DNA from: Squalus acanthias
Lineage: Eukaryota
Reading direction: 5' to 3'
Assembly: GCA_030390025.1 (NCBI GenBank)
Contig: CM059432.1
Coordinates: forward strand, 25,174,001-25,238,000
DNA: 64,000 bases
Of this stretch, positions 62,083 to 64,000 are shown in pieces. Each line of letters opens with the position of its first letter. Position 1 is the first letter of the stretch. The notes under the pieces were generated by a model. The model saw only the letters and a program-made list of their open reading frames with translations. It was not told the DNA's origin and did no database searches. The translations under genes and the position numbers were made by a program.

Positions 62083-62824
62083 GGGCCGAAAATTGATCCC
62101 GGGACGCGAGAGTACGCACTGCATACTCTCGCGTATTCACACTCCAATTGCCGGTTTTCTGCATGCCCTGCGCATGCGCTGAAAACCGGCAATTGCTCTT
62201 CTGAAAAGGGGGCGGGTCCTGGGTGCATCGCGTGCGCGCTACAGGCTGCGCGCACGCTGTGCACTTCATGCTTTGGACGCGCAGGTAAGTAGGGAAGATT
62301 TTGGAAATGTAAAAAGGAGGAGTAAGACCCGCTTTTAAGAAGGTAAGTAGTGAATTAAGTATTTTTTTGAATTTTTTGTTACAGGTATATCTTTTTTAGA
62401 GACTTTAAAGACAGGTAAGTTTATTTTTATAACTTTTTAAAAGATTTTAAATTTTTTCAAAAATTTAATTTTTTATTTAAAATGGTTAATTTAATTAACT
62501 ATACTTATTTTATTAATGTGATGGTTTTTTTTTAATTTAATTGAGGTTTAGCTGTTATTTTGGGGGGGTGTAAGATTCATAGATTTCACAGCCATGCTGT
62601 GAGACTTATGAATGGAAGATGGTGTGCTGCCATTGGCTCTAACTGAGTCACGTGATCCCACAGCTCGCACGAATTCACTACGCCACTGGGATACGCAAGC
62701 CCAGCACAGCTGATGTCTGGAACATCAAGTTCGTGCGAGCTGGCTCTGAAAAAGCACAAGCGAGGTGAGACATCGCGGGGAAGGCTTACCCCCGCGGGAA
62801 CAGAGCGAGATCAATTTCTGGGCC
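62083..62824. mobile_element. Hairpin-rich MITE related to 59339-60070
   Basis: TIRs GGGCCGAAAATTGATC / GATCAATTTCTGGGCC (13/16); same layout; TSD not preserved. Confidence 0.8.
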
Positions 62825-63154
62825 AATGTTTTATATTCAGATGGGAGGGAGGAGTTGTCAATCATTCAGTGGCTCTGACTTTGTTTTTCTTGTTACTGCT
62901 CTTTTGATGATAATGGCAGATCTCTGCCCCATGCAGTGCCACGTCACCAGAGGAAGGGCAGTTGATATCCAAACTTATATTAGGTTTGAGGAGATTTTCC
63001 AAGTCCTCGCTTACAGCAAGGTGCCCGGCCCATGGCGAGCATGGATCAGTGGATGGAAAATTGTGGGCAGTGCACCCATTATTTTCTGATCTGTACTCGC
63101 AGTGGTATCCCACTGTGGAATGAGGATTTGGAAAGTCTACCTTGCTTTATTATA

Positions 63155-63597
63155 AGAAAGAAAACCTTGTATTTATATAGAGCCTTTCACAACCCCAGGA
63201 TATCTCAAAGTGCTTTGCAACCAACAAAGTACTTTTGAAGTGTAGTTACTGTTGTAATGTATGAAACGCGGCAGCCAATTGCACACAGCAAGCTCCCATA
63301 AACAGCAATGTGTTAACGACCAGATAACTTGTTTTTGTTATGTTGATTGAGGGATAAATATTGGCCAGAACACCGGGGATACCCTGCTCATCTTTAATAT
63401 AGTGCCATGGGATCTTTTATGTCCACCTGAGAGAATAGAAGGGGCCTTGGTTTAACATCTCATCTGAAAGATGGCACCTCTGACAGTGCAGCACTCCCTC
63501 AGTACTGCACTGGAGTGTCAGCCTAGATTTTTGTGCTCAAGTCTCCAGAGTGGGACATGAACACACAACCTTCTGACTCAGAGGCTACCCACTGAAT
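63155..63597 (-). mobile_element. Deu-domain SINE, near full length
   Basis: Reverse complement of 31070-31525. Confidence 0.88.
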
Positions 63598-63784
63598 TAC
63601 TATCTGTTGTTTACTCTCCATCAAATGTTCAGTTTATTCTTCTGTCCAGAACCTTTCGTATTCAGTGCATAGATATGGTCTGCAAAACATATGCATTATA
63701 TTGTTGGGCATATTTGTGTGGAGGATGCGACTGTCGATTCTATTCTACTGCATTGACAATAATGGGAACACAGATGTTTTTTTA

Positions 63785-64000
63785 TTCATTTTTATGGGAT
63801 GTGGGCGTCGCTGGCAAGGCCAGCATTTATTCCCCATCACTAATTGCCCTTGAGAAGGTGGTGGTGAGCCACCTTCTTCAACTGCTGCAGGCCGTGTGGT
63901 GAAGCTATTCCCACAGTACTGTTAGGGAGGGACTACCAGGATTTTGATCCAACGACGATGAAGGATCGGCCATATACTTCTAAGTCAGGATGGTGTGTAA
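63785..64000 (-). mobile_element. 3' end of the tRNA-headed LINE family (runs out of the window)
   Basis: Reverse complement of ~6683-6900. Confidence 0.9.

Noticed and set aside
1..64000. CRISPR arrays, operons or other prokaryotic systems
   Set aside because: No regularly spaced repeat-spacer array; the content is vertebrate interspersed repeats with spliceosomal introns.

Overview
This is eukaryotic, repeat-dense DNA with no recognisable host protein-coding gene. The repeat repertoire (CR1 LINEs with (TTCTTATG)n/(ATTCTATG)n tails, Deu-domain SacSINE1-like SINEs, L2, RTE, Penelope-like elements and two-gene PIF/Harbinger transposons) suggests a cartilaginous fish such as a shark (inference). 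Nearly all long ORFs are decayed transposon genes, often nested several levels deep. Most notable: (1) a 3.2-kb APE-RT LINE with no ORF1 whose 5' end is a tRNA-Thr-like Pol III promoter, inserted as one TSD-flanked unit, with short head+tail derivatives that look like its SINEs; (2) a solo LTR with several foamy-virus-like hallmarks; (3) two Harbinger-type MITEs that conserve an array of hairpins but not their sequence; (4) two full-length convergent Harbinger elements with intron-containing Myb/SANT genes, plus mosaic deletion derivatives; (5) remnants of minimal hammerhead ribozymes in Penelope termini. Coordinates were read by eye. Boundaries of old, degenerate repeats are approximate, and family names rest on recalled motifs rather than database searches.
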